The notes beneath the pieces were generated by a model, which was not told where the DNA came from, searched no databases, and worked only from the letters and a program-made list of their open reading frames with translations. Positions 19,228 to 26,750 of a stretch of DNA of 40,000 nucleotides are shown here, one piece after another (the stretch's first letter is position 1; every line of letters starts with the position of its first letter). The stretch comes from Bacillus subtilis subsp. subtilis str. 168 (GTDB lineage Bacteria > Bacillota > Bacilli > Bacillales > Bacillaceae), in contig NC_000964.3 in NCBI RefSeq assembly GCF_000009045.1, positions 1,323,732 through 1,363,731 of the forward strand. The letters run 5' to 3'. Both the position numbers and the translations under genes were made by a program.

Positions 19228-19496
19228 TTTCAACCATATACAGAGAACGCACAGCGGCTGATCTAAAAAGCAGAATCGATCACGTGCTGCTCAACGGCCA
19301 AAAAACAGAAATAGTAGAGCTCGCCATTGACGGTGCGACAGTCACCGTTCTGACAAAACGTGAGGAAGACATCAAGCATATTGAAACGGTACAAATTTTT
19401 GACGAGCTGGGCAATGTGATCACAGAGAGAAAGACTGACCTGGACGTCAGCGAAAACAGAACACTCGATTTCAGATTTACTTTTGAGGTGGTGTAA
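19224..19496 (+). CDS. xkzA: Small PBSX tail protein, function unknown
   Basis: 90 aa. TTG start overlaps the xkdU stop (TTGA). GAGGTGG lies about 8 nt upstream. Confidence 0.7.
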   Translation: MISTIYRERTAADLKSRIDHVLLNGQKTEIVELAIDGATVTVLTKREEDIKHIETVQIFDELGNVITERKTDLDVSENRTLDFRFTFEVV

Positions 19497-19498
19497 AC

Positions 19499-21562
19499 AT
19501 GGCATACGAAGAAAAAACAGACTGGCTTCCGGACGACCCAATCAACGAAGATGACGTCAACCGCTGGGAAAAAGGAATAAAAGACGCCCACACCGACCTG
19601 GCTGCCCACAAAAACGACATGAACAACCCCCACAACACAACAAAGGCGCAAATCGGGCTGGGGAATGTGGATAATGTGCAGCAGGCTTCAAAGACGGAAT
19701 TTAATGAACATAATCATGATTCAACCCGGCATATTACATCAGTAGAACGTGATGAATGGAATGCGAAGGAAACACCTGCCGGAGCCCAGTATAAGGCAGA
19801 TCAAGCTGAAGCAAACGCCAAAGCATATACAGACAATTTTGCTGCACGAAGAGATAATCCTAACCAAGTAACAAAAGCACAGGTTGGACTTGGGAATGTC
19901 GAAAATGTGAAACAAGCCTCACTAGCAGATTTTGATGCTCATTTAAGCAATTCTAAAGTTCATGTATCTGAAGGGGAAAGAAACAAATGGAATGCTGCCC
20001 AACTAATTAAACTTACTGGAGACGACGGTAAAAGAATACAACTCCAAGACGGTACAGATATTCTTACATTATCTTCTGGATTTTATTGTGCAGTTGGTCA
20101 GTCAGTTGTAAACAACCCGGTGGAAGGCGATGCAGCTTGGTATAACTACGATATTGTAGAAGGCGGTTCAGGAAGGAAAACAATAGTAGCTTACCAAAGT
20201 TGGGGAAGTATGATGTGGATTGGAATGGTTCACACTGATGGAGAATTTAGAGGATGGAAACAAATTGCAACAACAGATTTTATAGATAGAGTTCAAACAG
20301 AATTAGATCTTCATGAAAATGATAAAACTAATCCTCATTCAGTTACTAAACAACAAGTGGGTCTCGGAAATGTTGAGAATGTTAAGCAGGAGACACCTGA
20401 TGGTGCGCAAAAAAAAGCTGATACTGCTTTAAACCAATCAAAAGATTATACTAACAGCACGGCCTTTATTACTAGACCATTAAATTCAATAACCGATGCA
20501 AATGATTTAAATCTTCCGCCTGGCACTTATCGTTTAGACACTAATTACATGAATGCAAATCCAGTTTTGCAAAATCAATTTCCATTAAATGATAACAGAA
20601 CAGGTTTATTAATTATCTACCCCTCTGCAAATAAATGGGCTACACGTCAAGATTGGTTTAGCATCTCTACGAAAACACTTTATACAAGGGTAGCAGTTAA
20701 TGGTACTGATTATTCAGGGTGGTATATATTAGAGAATTCGGAAGGTTCACAAAATAAAGCGGATAAAGCTTTAGCTGATGCTAAAAACTATGTTGAAACA
20801 AATTATACAAATCAAAAGTTAACTGTTCTAACAGGATCAAATGCAATCCAAGATGCGAGAATAAGCGGAAATGATTACAAATACGGAATCACTTTTATGG
20901 ACATAGGGGCCAATAACACTACAGGATACCCGCTCACTTATGGATTTGTAAAAAATGAAAAGCATAGTAATTATCGCTTTACTCAGTATTTCTATGGAAA
21001 TGCAGACACAACTAGTGGAAGTTATGATCATGTAGGGACTTGGATCCGCCATTGGTGGGCAGATTCAGGCTGGACTGCGTGGCAAAAGATATCAGGGTTT
21101 GCTCACGCTAATATTGGGACTACTGGGCGTCAAGCCCTTATTAAAGGAGAAAATAACAAAATTAAATATAACCGTATTATAAAAGATAGCCATAAATTGT
21201 TTGATACAAAAAACAATAGGTTTGTAGCCAGTCATGCAGGAATGCATTTAGTCAGTGCTAGTTTATATATAGAAAATACTGAGCGATACTCCAATTTTGA
21301 ATTATATGTTTATGTAAACGGCACAAAGTATAAATTAATGAATCAATTTAGAATGCCTACCCCTTCCAATAACAGTGATAATGAGTTTAATGCAACTGTT
21401 ACTGGATCTGTTACAGTTCCGCTTGATGCAGGAGATTATGTTGAAATTTATGTTTATGTTGGTTATTCCGGGGATGTAACACGATATGTTACAGATTCGA
21501 ATGGAGCTCTCAATTATTTTGATGTTCTGGAGCTTGGCGGAAGAAATTACCCGAGAGTTTAG
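19499..21562 (+). CDS. xkdV: Tail fibre / receptor-binding protein
   Basis: 687 aa. Three copies of the fibre repeat NPxxxTKxQ(I/V)GLGNVxNVxQ. The C-terminal ~135 aa have a C1q/TNF-like pattern. Recognised as XkdV. Confidence 0.9.
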   Translation: MAYEEKTDWLPDDPINEDDVNRWEKGIKDAHTDLAAHKNDMNNPHNTTKAQIGLGNVDNVQQASKTEFNEHNHDSTRHITSVERDEWNAKETPAGAQYKADQAEANAKAYTDNFAARRDNPNQVTKAQVGLGNVENVKQASLADFDAHLSNSKVHVSEGERNKWNAAQLIKLTGDDGKRIQLQDGTDILTLSSGFYCAVGQSVVNNPVEGDAAWYNYDIVEGGSGRKTIVAYQSWGSMMWIGMVHTDGEFRGWKQIATTDFIDRVQTELDLHENDKTNPHSVTKQQVGLGNVENVKQETPDGAQKKADTALNQSKDYTNSTAFITRPLNSITDANDLNLPPGTYRLDTNYMNANPVLQNQFPLNDNRTGLLIIYPSANKWATRQDWFSISTKTLYTRVAVNGTDYSGWYILENSEGSQNKADKALADAKNYVETNYTNQKLTVLTGSNAIQDARISGNDYKYGITFMDIGANNTTGYPLTYGFVKNEKHSNYRFTQYFYGNADTTSGSYDHVGTWIRHWWADSGWTAWQKISGFAHANIGTTGRQALIKGENNKIKYNRIIKDSHKLFDTKNNRFVASHAGMHLVSASLYIENTERYSNFELYVYVNGTKYKLMNQFRMPTPSNNSDNEFNATVTGSVTVPLDAGDYVEIYVYVGYSGDVTRYVTDSNGALNYFDVLELGGRNYPRV

Positions 21563-21573
21563 GAGGTACCTTT

Positions 21574-21903
21574 ATGATCTTATATGATGCCATTATGTAC
21601 AAGTATCCAAACGCAGTATCGAGAAAGGATTTTGAATTGCGTAATGACGGGAACGGTTCATACATTGAGAAATGGAATCTCCGGGCGCCGTTGCCGACTC
21701 AGGCAGAACTCGAAACCTGGTGGGAAGAGCTGCAAAAAAATCCGCCGTACGAGCCGCCTGATCAGGTGGAGCTTCTCGCTCAAGAATTGTCACAGGAAAA
21801 GCTGGCACGCAAGCAGCTTGAAGAGCTGAACAAAACATTAGGGAACGAGTTGTCAGATATAAAGCTATCATTACTTTCCTTGAAAGGAGATTATGCTGAA
21901 TGA
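21574..21903 (+). CDS. xkdW: XkdW, fibre-associated protein
   Basis: 109 aa, SD AGGAGGT upstream, stop overlaps the xkdX ATG. Confidence 0.85.
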   Translation: MILYDAIMYKYPNAVSRKDFELRNDGNGSYIEKWNLRAPLPTQAELETWWEELQKNPPYEPPDQVELLAQELSQEKLARKQLEELNKTLGNELSDIKLSLLSLKGDYAE

Positions 21904-22064
21904 ATTATTGGGTGCTTGCCCTCTATTATGAGTGGGCGACAACGGATATGGTGAAACAGGCTTTAGCATATGAAGACTGTTCAATTCAGGATCTGGCAGA
22001 GGGTGTGAACAAAAAGCTGATCACAGCTGACCAGTATAAAGAAATTACCGGTAAAGCCATGTAA
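21900..22064 (+). CDS. xkdX: XkdX-family small protein (54 aa)
   Basis: Not in the ORF track because it is under 60 aa. ATG 21900 overlaps the xkdW stop (ATGA). Translation: MNYWVLALYYEWATTDMVKQALAYEDCSIQDLAEGVNKKLITADQYKEITGKAM. Recognised as XkdX. Confidence 0.8.
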   Translation: MNYWVLALYYEWATTDMVKQALAYEDCSIQDLAEGVNKKLITADQYKEITGKAM

Positions 22065-22078
22065 GGCTTTTTTATTTT
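22053..22078 (+). terminator. Weak hairpin plus T-run at the end of xkdX
   Basis: AAAGCC (22053-22058) pairs with GGCTTT (22065-22070), 6-nt loop, followed by TTTATTTT. The stem is short, so this call is tentative. Confidence 0.35.
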
Positions 22079-22107
22079 GCCTGTTTTTAGATCAAAGGAG
22101 GATGAAG

Positions 22108-22947
22108 ATGGTGAAGTATCAATATGAATTTCCTCTCGATAAGGCTGGAAAAGCCGGCGCTGTAAAGCCCTATCGAGGAGGAAAAAATGATTTTGTGACA
22201 CCTGTTTCGAATTTGTCAGGCGTAGCGGAGATTTTAACAAATGCTGCTTTAAAGGCGACTGAGGCATACAGTCAGCTCGGGCAGGACAGGCTTGGCGCAG
22301 TTCTGATTTCGAAAGTGAAGGGCTGGGCGTATGCAGATCGTGAAGGTACGCTCTTTATAGAAGAAAGCGACAACAACAATGTTTGGACAACGACAGCAGC
22401 AGTTAATGTCGCAGCAGGCGTCCTGACAGCGACGGACTGGGTATATCTTTCTAAACGCTATTACCGTTTCCGCTATGTGAACGGGAATCTTCAGCAATCT
22501 GAGTTTGTATTATACCAATCAGTCGGTGCGGGTGAGATGGATGTGCGTGTCAATGAAAAAACGCCTTTACAGATTGACTTTGCGGAGAATCAAACACACG
22601 ATGGACGGCTGAAAGTCGAGGCTCGCAAAACATTTGACTTTGTCTTTCATGAAAATGCAGAGTCCGCCAGCGAGGGGGCTGCTTTACCTGTTGACGGTGC
22701 CGCGCATTTACTCGTTGAAGTCTACGGCACAGCAGAAATGAGCGAAGTCAAATTTTGGGGCAAATCGGTGTCAGGACAGAAACTGCCGATCAGAGGCGTG
22801 AAAACTGATGATGCTACCACTGCCTCCAGTACATTAGGAAAAGCTGAGGCATGGGCCTTTGATATTAAAGGGTTTAAGGAGATCATCATGGAGATTATCA
22901 GTATCACCGGCGGTACTCTTTCGGTAAAAGGGACCGCGGTTTCATAA
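22108..22947 (+). CDS. xepA: XepA, PBSX lysis-module protein
   Basis: ATG 22108 (279 aa) lies 6 nt after AAAGGAGG (22094-22101). The ORF-track ATG 22102 abuts the SD. No N-terminal hydrophobic segment is visible. Confidence 0.9.
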   Translation: MVKYQYEFPLDKAGKAGAVKPYRGGKNDFVTPVSNLSGVAEILTNAALKATEAYSQLGQDRLGAVLISKVKGWAYADREGTLFIEESDNNNVWTTTAAVNVAAGVLTATDWVYLSKRYYRFRYVNGNLQQSEFVLYQSVGAGEMDVRVNEKTPLQIDFAENQTHDGRLKVEARKTFDFVFHENAESASEGAALPVDGAAHLLVEVYGTAEMSEVKFWGKSVSGQKLPIRGVKTDDATTASSTLGKAEAWAFDIKGFKEIIMEIISITGGTLSVKGTAVS

Positions 22948-22999
22948 TAGTCTCGGCCCTCGGAAGGGAGGTGATCTGCATGTGAAGGAGGAGTGAGAG

Positions 23000-23269
23000 A
23001 TGCAGCAAGAGGCAGACGTGAATGTGTTTCAGCAGGATTTAGCAGACATGAAAGGCGAGCACAAAGCACTTGAGCAGAGGGTTTCCGCATTAGAACGCGT
23101 GTCTGACCGGCAAGACCAGCAAATCATGACGCTGAACGAAAAATTAAACAAAATTGAAGAAAACACCACGTGGATTAAACGCACCATCACAGGTGCCATC
23201 ATTACAGCAGTGTCTACAGGCATCATTGGCGGAGCCATCGCCATTATGTACAGCCTGCTGCAGCATTAA
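23000..23269 (+). CDS. xhlA: XhlA, membrane-anchored lysis accessory protein
   Basis: 89 aa. N-terminal coiled-coil-like region and a C-terminal TM helix (ITGAIITAVSTGIIGGAIAIMYSLL). SD GAAGGAGGAG upstream. Confidence 0.92.
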   Translation: MQQEADVNVFQQDLADMKGEHKALEQRVSALERVSDRQDQQIMTLNEKLNKIEENTTWIKRTITGAIITAVSTGIIGGAIAIMYSLLQH

Positions 23270-23281
23270 AGGGGGATTTTT

Positions 23282-23545
23282 ATGAACACGTTTGACAAGG
23301 GCACGGTCATCAGGACGGTGCTTCTTTTAATTGCTTTAATCAACCAGACCATGCTGATGCTCGGCAAATCACCATTGGACATTCAGGAGGAGCAGGTCAA
23401 TCAGCTCGCTGACGCTCTTTATTCAGCCGGTTCCATCGCATTTACAATTGGAACGACACTTGCCGCTTGGTTTAAAAACAACTATGTAACAGAAAAAGGG
23501 AAAAAACAGCGCGACTTGTTAAGGGACAATAATCTGACGAAATAA
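23282..23545 (+). CDS. xhlB: Holin
   Basis: 87 aa, two hydrophobic helices and a charged C-terminus ([16 protein letters not shown]). Lies directly upstream of the amidase. Confidence 0.92.
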
Positions 23546-23557
23546 GGAGAGATGAAA

Positions 23558-24451
23558 ATGGTTAACATTATTCAAGACTTTATTCCGGTTGGCGCAAATA
23601 ACCGTCCAGGCTACGCAATGACGCCGCTTTACATTACGGTGCACAACACAGCGAATACCGCAGTAGGAGCAGATGCTGCAGCGCATGCCCGCTATTTGAA
23701 AAATCCTGATACGACGACAAGCTGGCATTTTACAGTTGATGATACAGAAATTTATCAGCATCTGCCTTTAAATGAAAACGGCTGGCATGCGGGAGACGGA
23801 AATGGCAGCGGCAACCGGGCTTCTATTGGAATTGAAATTTGCGAAAATGCCGATGGCGATTTTGCAAAAGCAACAGCAAATGCCCAGTGGCTCATCAAAA
23901 CATTAATGGCTGAACATAATATCAGTCTCGCCAATGTCGTCCCTCATAAGTATTGGTCAGGGAAGGAATGTCCGCGAAAATTGTTAGATACGTGGGATTC
24001 GTTCAAAGCAGGAATTGGGGGAGGCGGCAGCCAAACTTACGTCGTGAAACAGGGCGACACACTTACATCTATAGCGAGAGCATTTGGTGTTACGGTTGCT
24101 CAGCTGCAAGAGTGGAACAATATCGAAGACCCGAATCTTATTCGCGTTGGTCAAGTATTAATTGTAAGTGCTCCATCGGCTGCTGAAAAACCCGAGCTCT
24201 ATCCGCTCCCTGATGGTATCATTCAATTGACAACACCTTATACATCAGGAGAACACGTCTTTCAGGTGCAACGAGCACTTGCGGCTCTGTATTTTTACCC
24301 TGATAAAGGCGCTGTTAACAACGGAATTGACGGCGTTTACGGACCGAAAACAGCTGACGCAGTTGCCCGTTTTCAGTCTGTTAACGGTCTAACTGCTGAC
24401 GGTATCTACGGGCCTGCGACGAAAGAGAAGATCGCAGCGCAATTAAGCTGA
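23558..24451 (+). CDS. xlyA: N-acetylmuramoyl-L-alanine amidase (endolysin) with LysM and PG-binding domains
   Basis: ATG 23558 (297 aa) follows AAGGAGAG; the ATG at 23552 abuts the SD. Contains an Amidase_2-type N-terminus, a LysM (YVVKQGDTLTSIARAFGVTVAQLQEWN) and a C-terminal PG_binding_1-like repeat (GIDGVYGPKTADAVARFQSVNGLTADGIYGPAT). Confidence 0.95.
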   Translation: MVNIIQDFIPVGANNRPGYAMTPLYITVHNTANTAVGADAAAHARYLKNPDTTTSWHFTVDDTEIYQHLPLNENGWHAGDGNGSGNRASIGIEICENADGDFAKATANAQWLIKTLMAEHNISLANVVPHKYWSGKECPRKLLDTWDSFKAGIGGGGSQTYVVKQGDTLTSIARAFGVTVAQLQEWNNIEDPNLIRVGQVLIVSAPSAAEKPELYPLPDGIIQLTTPYTSGEHVFQVQRALAALYFYPDKGAVNNGIDGVYGPKTADAVARFQSVNGLTADGIYGPATKEKIAAQLS

Positions 24452-24464
24452 TCAAAGACCATAA

Positions 24465-24497
24465 AAATCCCGGAGCCGCTCCGGGATTTATTTTTTC
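24465..24497. terminator. Bidirectional terminator shared by xlyA (+) and spoIISC (-)
   Basis: AAATCCCGGAG (24465-24475) pairs with CTCCGGGATTT (24479-24489), loop CCG. T-runs follow on both strands. The spoIISC stop codon lies inside the stem. Confidence 0.85.
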
Positions 24498-24625
24498 TTC
24501 TTCAACTTTTTTATAATTCCAGCACTGCGCTCCCTCACCCGAAGCGAGTACCCGGAAAGCCCAAACCTTCCGTAATCAACAAACTTCACACGCCTCACCA
24601 ATTTTTTCACTGTATCACCTGACAT
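24488..24625 (-). CDS. spoIISC: SpoIISC, small basic protein (second antitoxin of the SpoIIS system), 45 aa
   Basis: Not in the ORF track. My translation: MSGDTVKKLVRRVKFVDYGRFGLSGYSLRVRERSAGIIKKLKKKK. SD AGAGGA upstream. Recognised by position next to spoIISB. Confidence 0.75.
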   Translation of the reverse strand: MSGDTVKKLVRRVKFVDYGRFGLSGYSLRVRERSAGIIKKLKKKK

Positions 24626-24660
24626 TATCCTCTGTTTGTATTTATTATATGTCACCCTTT

Positions 24661-24700
24661 AAGAAAAGGAATAAGGACAAGAGCTGTTTTCCCTTGTCCT
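24661..24700 (-). terminator. Terminator-like hairpin between spoIISB and spoIISC
   Basis: On the minus strand AGGACAAG pairs with CTTGTCCT (plus coordinates 24674-24681 and 24693-24700), 11-nt loop, followed by TATTCCTTTTCTT. Confidence 0.45.
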
Positions 24701-24710
24701 TTTAGTGTGA

Positions 24711-24881
24711 TCATGCTTTTTTTCGTTTATACTCGTCAATCAGCCGTTCGTTTTCTTTGAAGATTCTTGCTGTATGCGGACTGACTTGATAGCTTGCGAC
24801 ACTGGTGGTTGAACGTTTTTTCAGGATTTTAAACGGCTTCGCCGCTCTGGGCTCGCATCTGTTTTGAAACGCACGTTCCAT
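24711..24881 (-). CDS. spoIISB: SpoIISB antitoxin, 56 aa
   Basis: Not in the ORF track. My translation: MERAFQNRCEPRAAKPFKILKKRSTTSVASYQVSPHTARIFKENERLIDEYKRKKA. The ATG overlaps the spoIISA stop by 1 nt (TAATG). Confidence 0.9.
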   Translation of the reverse strand: MERAFQNRCEPRAAKPFKILKKRSTTSVASYQVSPHTARIFKENERLIDEYKRKKA

Positions 24882-25627
24882 TATCCTTCACCTTCCTCCT
24901 CAATTGGCAGCACCAAATCATATATGCTCGTTAATGACGTAAATAGCAAATAATCAAATTCCGTGACAATGCTGTCAGACGTCAGCTTGATGACATAGTT
25001 CTGTGTCTCGATGGTAAAAGGGATGAGAACCACTTTTCCGTATTGGTCGTAATAAACATCCTTTCGATCGAGCCGTGTTTGTACATCTGCCGGATCATCC
25101 ATATGCTCGGTTAACCGGTCTTTATCAGCCTGTGTCGAATAGTGGCAAAGAGAAGCCGTTAAGTTCATTTTATCAGCATAGGTTTTCAGCAGCTTATCAA
25201 TACCTTCAGCATAAGCATCTATACTTCCATAATAAACATGGATCGGTTCGTTTTTCAATAGGTATTGGTATGTTTTCAGCCGATTGAGATACATGTGGAG
25301 CATTTCGTTGTTTTCTTCAAGAATTTCTCTTGTGTCTGTTTCAAGCTCGCTGCCGGCCAGTTTTTTGACATATGCACTTAAGAAGATAAAAGCATCAATC
25401 AAAGCAAAACTGACTGCGACAATGAGATACCGTTCCCAGTGGGTAAATAGGGAAGTGGGCTCATATGTCCAGTATACCATAGCGCCCAGAACAAACAGCA
25501 AATACCAAGTTTTCCGAATGGCGGACATTTTTTCTTTGACCTTCGCTTCGAAACGCCACGTGGCATACACGTATAACCCCAGTCCGGCCACGATGCACCA
25601 GACCATGATCTGAAAGAATAAAACCAT
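24881..25627 (-). CDS. spoIISA: SpoIISA membrane toxin, 248 aa
   Basis: ATG at 25627 lies 7 nt after GAGGGA. The ORF-track start at 25642 has no SD. Three N-terminal TM helices followed by a cytoplasmic domain. Recognised sequence (MVLFFQIMVWCIVAGLGLYVYATW...). Confidence 0.92.
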   Translation of the reverse strand: MVLFFQIMVWCIVAGLGLYVYATWRFEAKVKEKMSAIRKTWYLLFVLGAMVYWTYEPTSLFTHWERYLIVAVSFALIDAFIFLSAYVKKLAGSELETDTREILEENNEMLHMYLNRLKTYQYLLKNEPIHVYYGSIDAYAEGIDKLLKTYADKMNLTASLCHYSTQADKDRLTEHMDDPADVQTRLDRKDVYYDQYGKVVLIPFTIETQNYVIKLTSDSIVTEFDYLLFTSLTSIYDLVLPIEEEGEG

Positions 25628-25701
25628 ATTCGAATCCCTCACATCTGAAATAGGTTCTGCTTATTGTATTCGAGAGATCCGGATGGTTTTCCTGTTCCAT
25701 C

Positions 25702-25729
25702 AAAAAAACCGCTCCTTTGACAGAAGCGG
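25702..25729 (-). terminator. Terminator of the ykaA-pit operon
   Basis: Minus strand: CCGCTTC pairs with GGAGCGG (7 bp, one G-U), loop TGTCAAA, followed by TTTTTTT. Confidence 0.75.
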
Positions 25730-25736
25730 TGTGACA

Positions 25737-26738
25737 TTAAAATATCATATTTAAAATAAAGTAGGCGATGGCACCAAGTGTCGCTGAAATCGGAAGCGTG
25801 ATGACCCATGTAATGAGCATTCGCTTGGCCGTACCCCAGTTTACGCCTTTTACGCGGTGGGACGCACCGACGCCAAGAATTGATGAAGAAATGACGTGGG
25901 TTGTACTGACCGGCAAATGAATAAACGTGGCGCCGAAAATAATGGCTGCTCCGGTTAAGTCAGCGGAAACACCGTTTACCGGACGGATTTTCATGATCTT
26001 TCCGCCAACGGTTTTGATGATTTTCCAGCCGCCGATTGATGTTCCGAGACCCATGGCTGTCGCGCAGGCGAATTGCACCCAGGTAGGAATATCATTAGCA
26101 GAAGTATGTAAATTCGCTGTGATGAGAGCCATTGTGATAATTCCCATTGCTTTTTGCGCATCGTTTGTTCCGTGTGTATACGATTGCAGGGCAGCTGTTA
26201 CAATCTGCACTCTGCGGAATTGCTTATTCGTTTTCGCCAAGTTGCTGTCTTTGAAAATCAGCTTAACGATGCTATAAAGAATAAAACCAAGGACAAAGGC
26301 AATAATTGGTGATAGAATCAGTGCTTCAATGATTTTAATGAAGCCCTTATAGTTTAACGCTGCAAATCCGGCTGCCGCAATGGCTGCACCGGCAATAGCG
26401 CCGATGATGGCATGGGATGAGCTGCTTGGGATACCGTAGTACCATGTGATAAGGTTCCAGGCAATTGCAGCGAGTAGCGCAGCCAAAATGACAACAGAGC
26501 CATTTTCCAGCGTATAAGGATCTACGATGTCTTTCGTAATGGTTTTGGCAACACCTGTAAACGTCATTGCTCCGACAAAGTTCATCACAGCAGCCAATAT
26601 AATGGCATGGCGCGGTTTTAACGCTTTTGTTGATACCGAAGTCGCAATTGCGTTTGCCGTATCATGAAACCCGTTGATGAAATCAAACGCCAGAGCACAA
26701 ATGACTATTAGTATCGTTAATATTAATAGAATATCCAT
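25737..26738 (-). CDS. pit: PiT-family low-affinity inorganic phosphate transporter
   Basis: 333 aa polytopic membrane protein with two PiT signature segments (GFHDTANAIATSV and GTNDAQKAMG). Confidence 0.93.
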   Translation of the reverse strand: MDILLILTILIVICALAFDFINGFHDTANAIATSVSTKALKPRHAIILAAVMNFVGAMTFTGVAKTITKDIVDPYTLENGSVVILAALLAAIAWNLITWYYGIPSSSSHAIIGAIAGAAIAAAGFAALNYKGFIKIIEALILSPIIAFVLGFILYSIVKLIFKDSNLAKTNKQFRRVQIVTAALQSYTHGTNDAQKAMGIITMALITANLHTSANDIPTWVQFACATAMGLGTSIGGWKIIKTVGGKIMKIRPVNGVSADLTGAAIIFGATFIHLPVSTTHVISSSILGVGASHRVKGVNWGTAKRMLITWVITLPISATLGAIAYFILNMIF

Positions 26739-26750
26739 TTTTACCCCTCG

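Larger units (their letters stand above)
1..24451 (+). mobile_element. Right-hand ~24.5 kb of the defective prophage / phage-like bacteriocin PBSX (late regulator, packaging, head, contractile tail, baseplate, fibre, lysis). The left end is outside the window.
   Basis: Same-strand run of ~36 tightly packed or overlapping ORFs with terminase, portal, capsid, sheath, tube, tape-measure, baseplate, fibre, holin and amidase signatures. Order and sequences match my memory of B. subtilis 168 PBSX. Right boundary taken at the xlyA stop and terminator. Confidence 0.9.

Noticed and set aside
22102-22107. Longer start sites for xepA (22102), and likewise for xlyA (23552), spoIISA (25642), ykaA (27404), htrA (35563) and the small ORF at 34065
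   Set aside because: These start codons abut, lie within or lie upstream of the SD sequence. The next in-frame ATG has 6-8 nt spacing and gives the protein lengths I recall for strain 168.
25075-25613. Plus-strand ORFs (70 and 109 aa) antisense to spoIISA
   Set aside because: No SD and no recognisable features. They lie inside a well-supported toxin gene.
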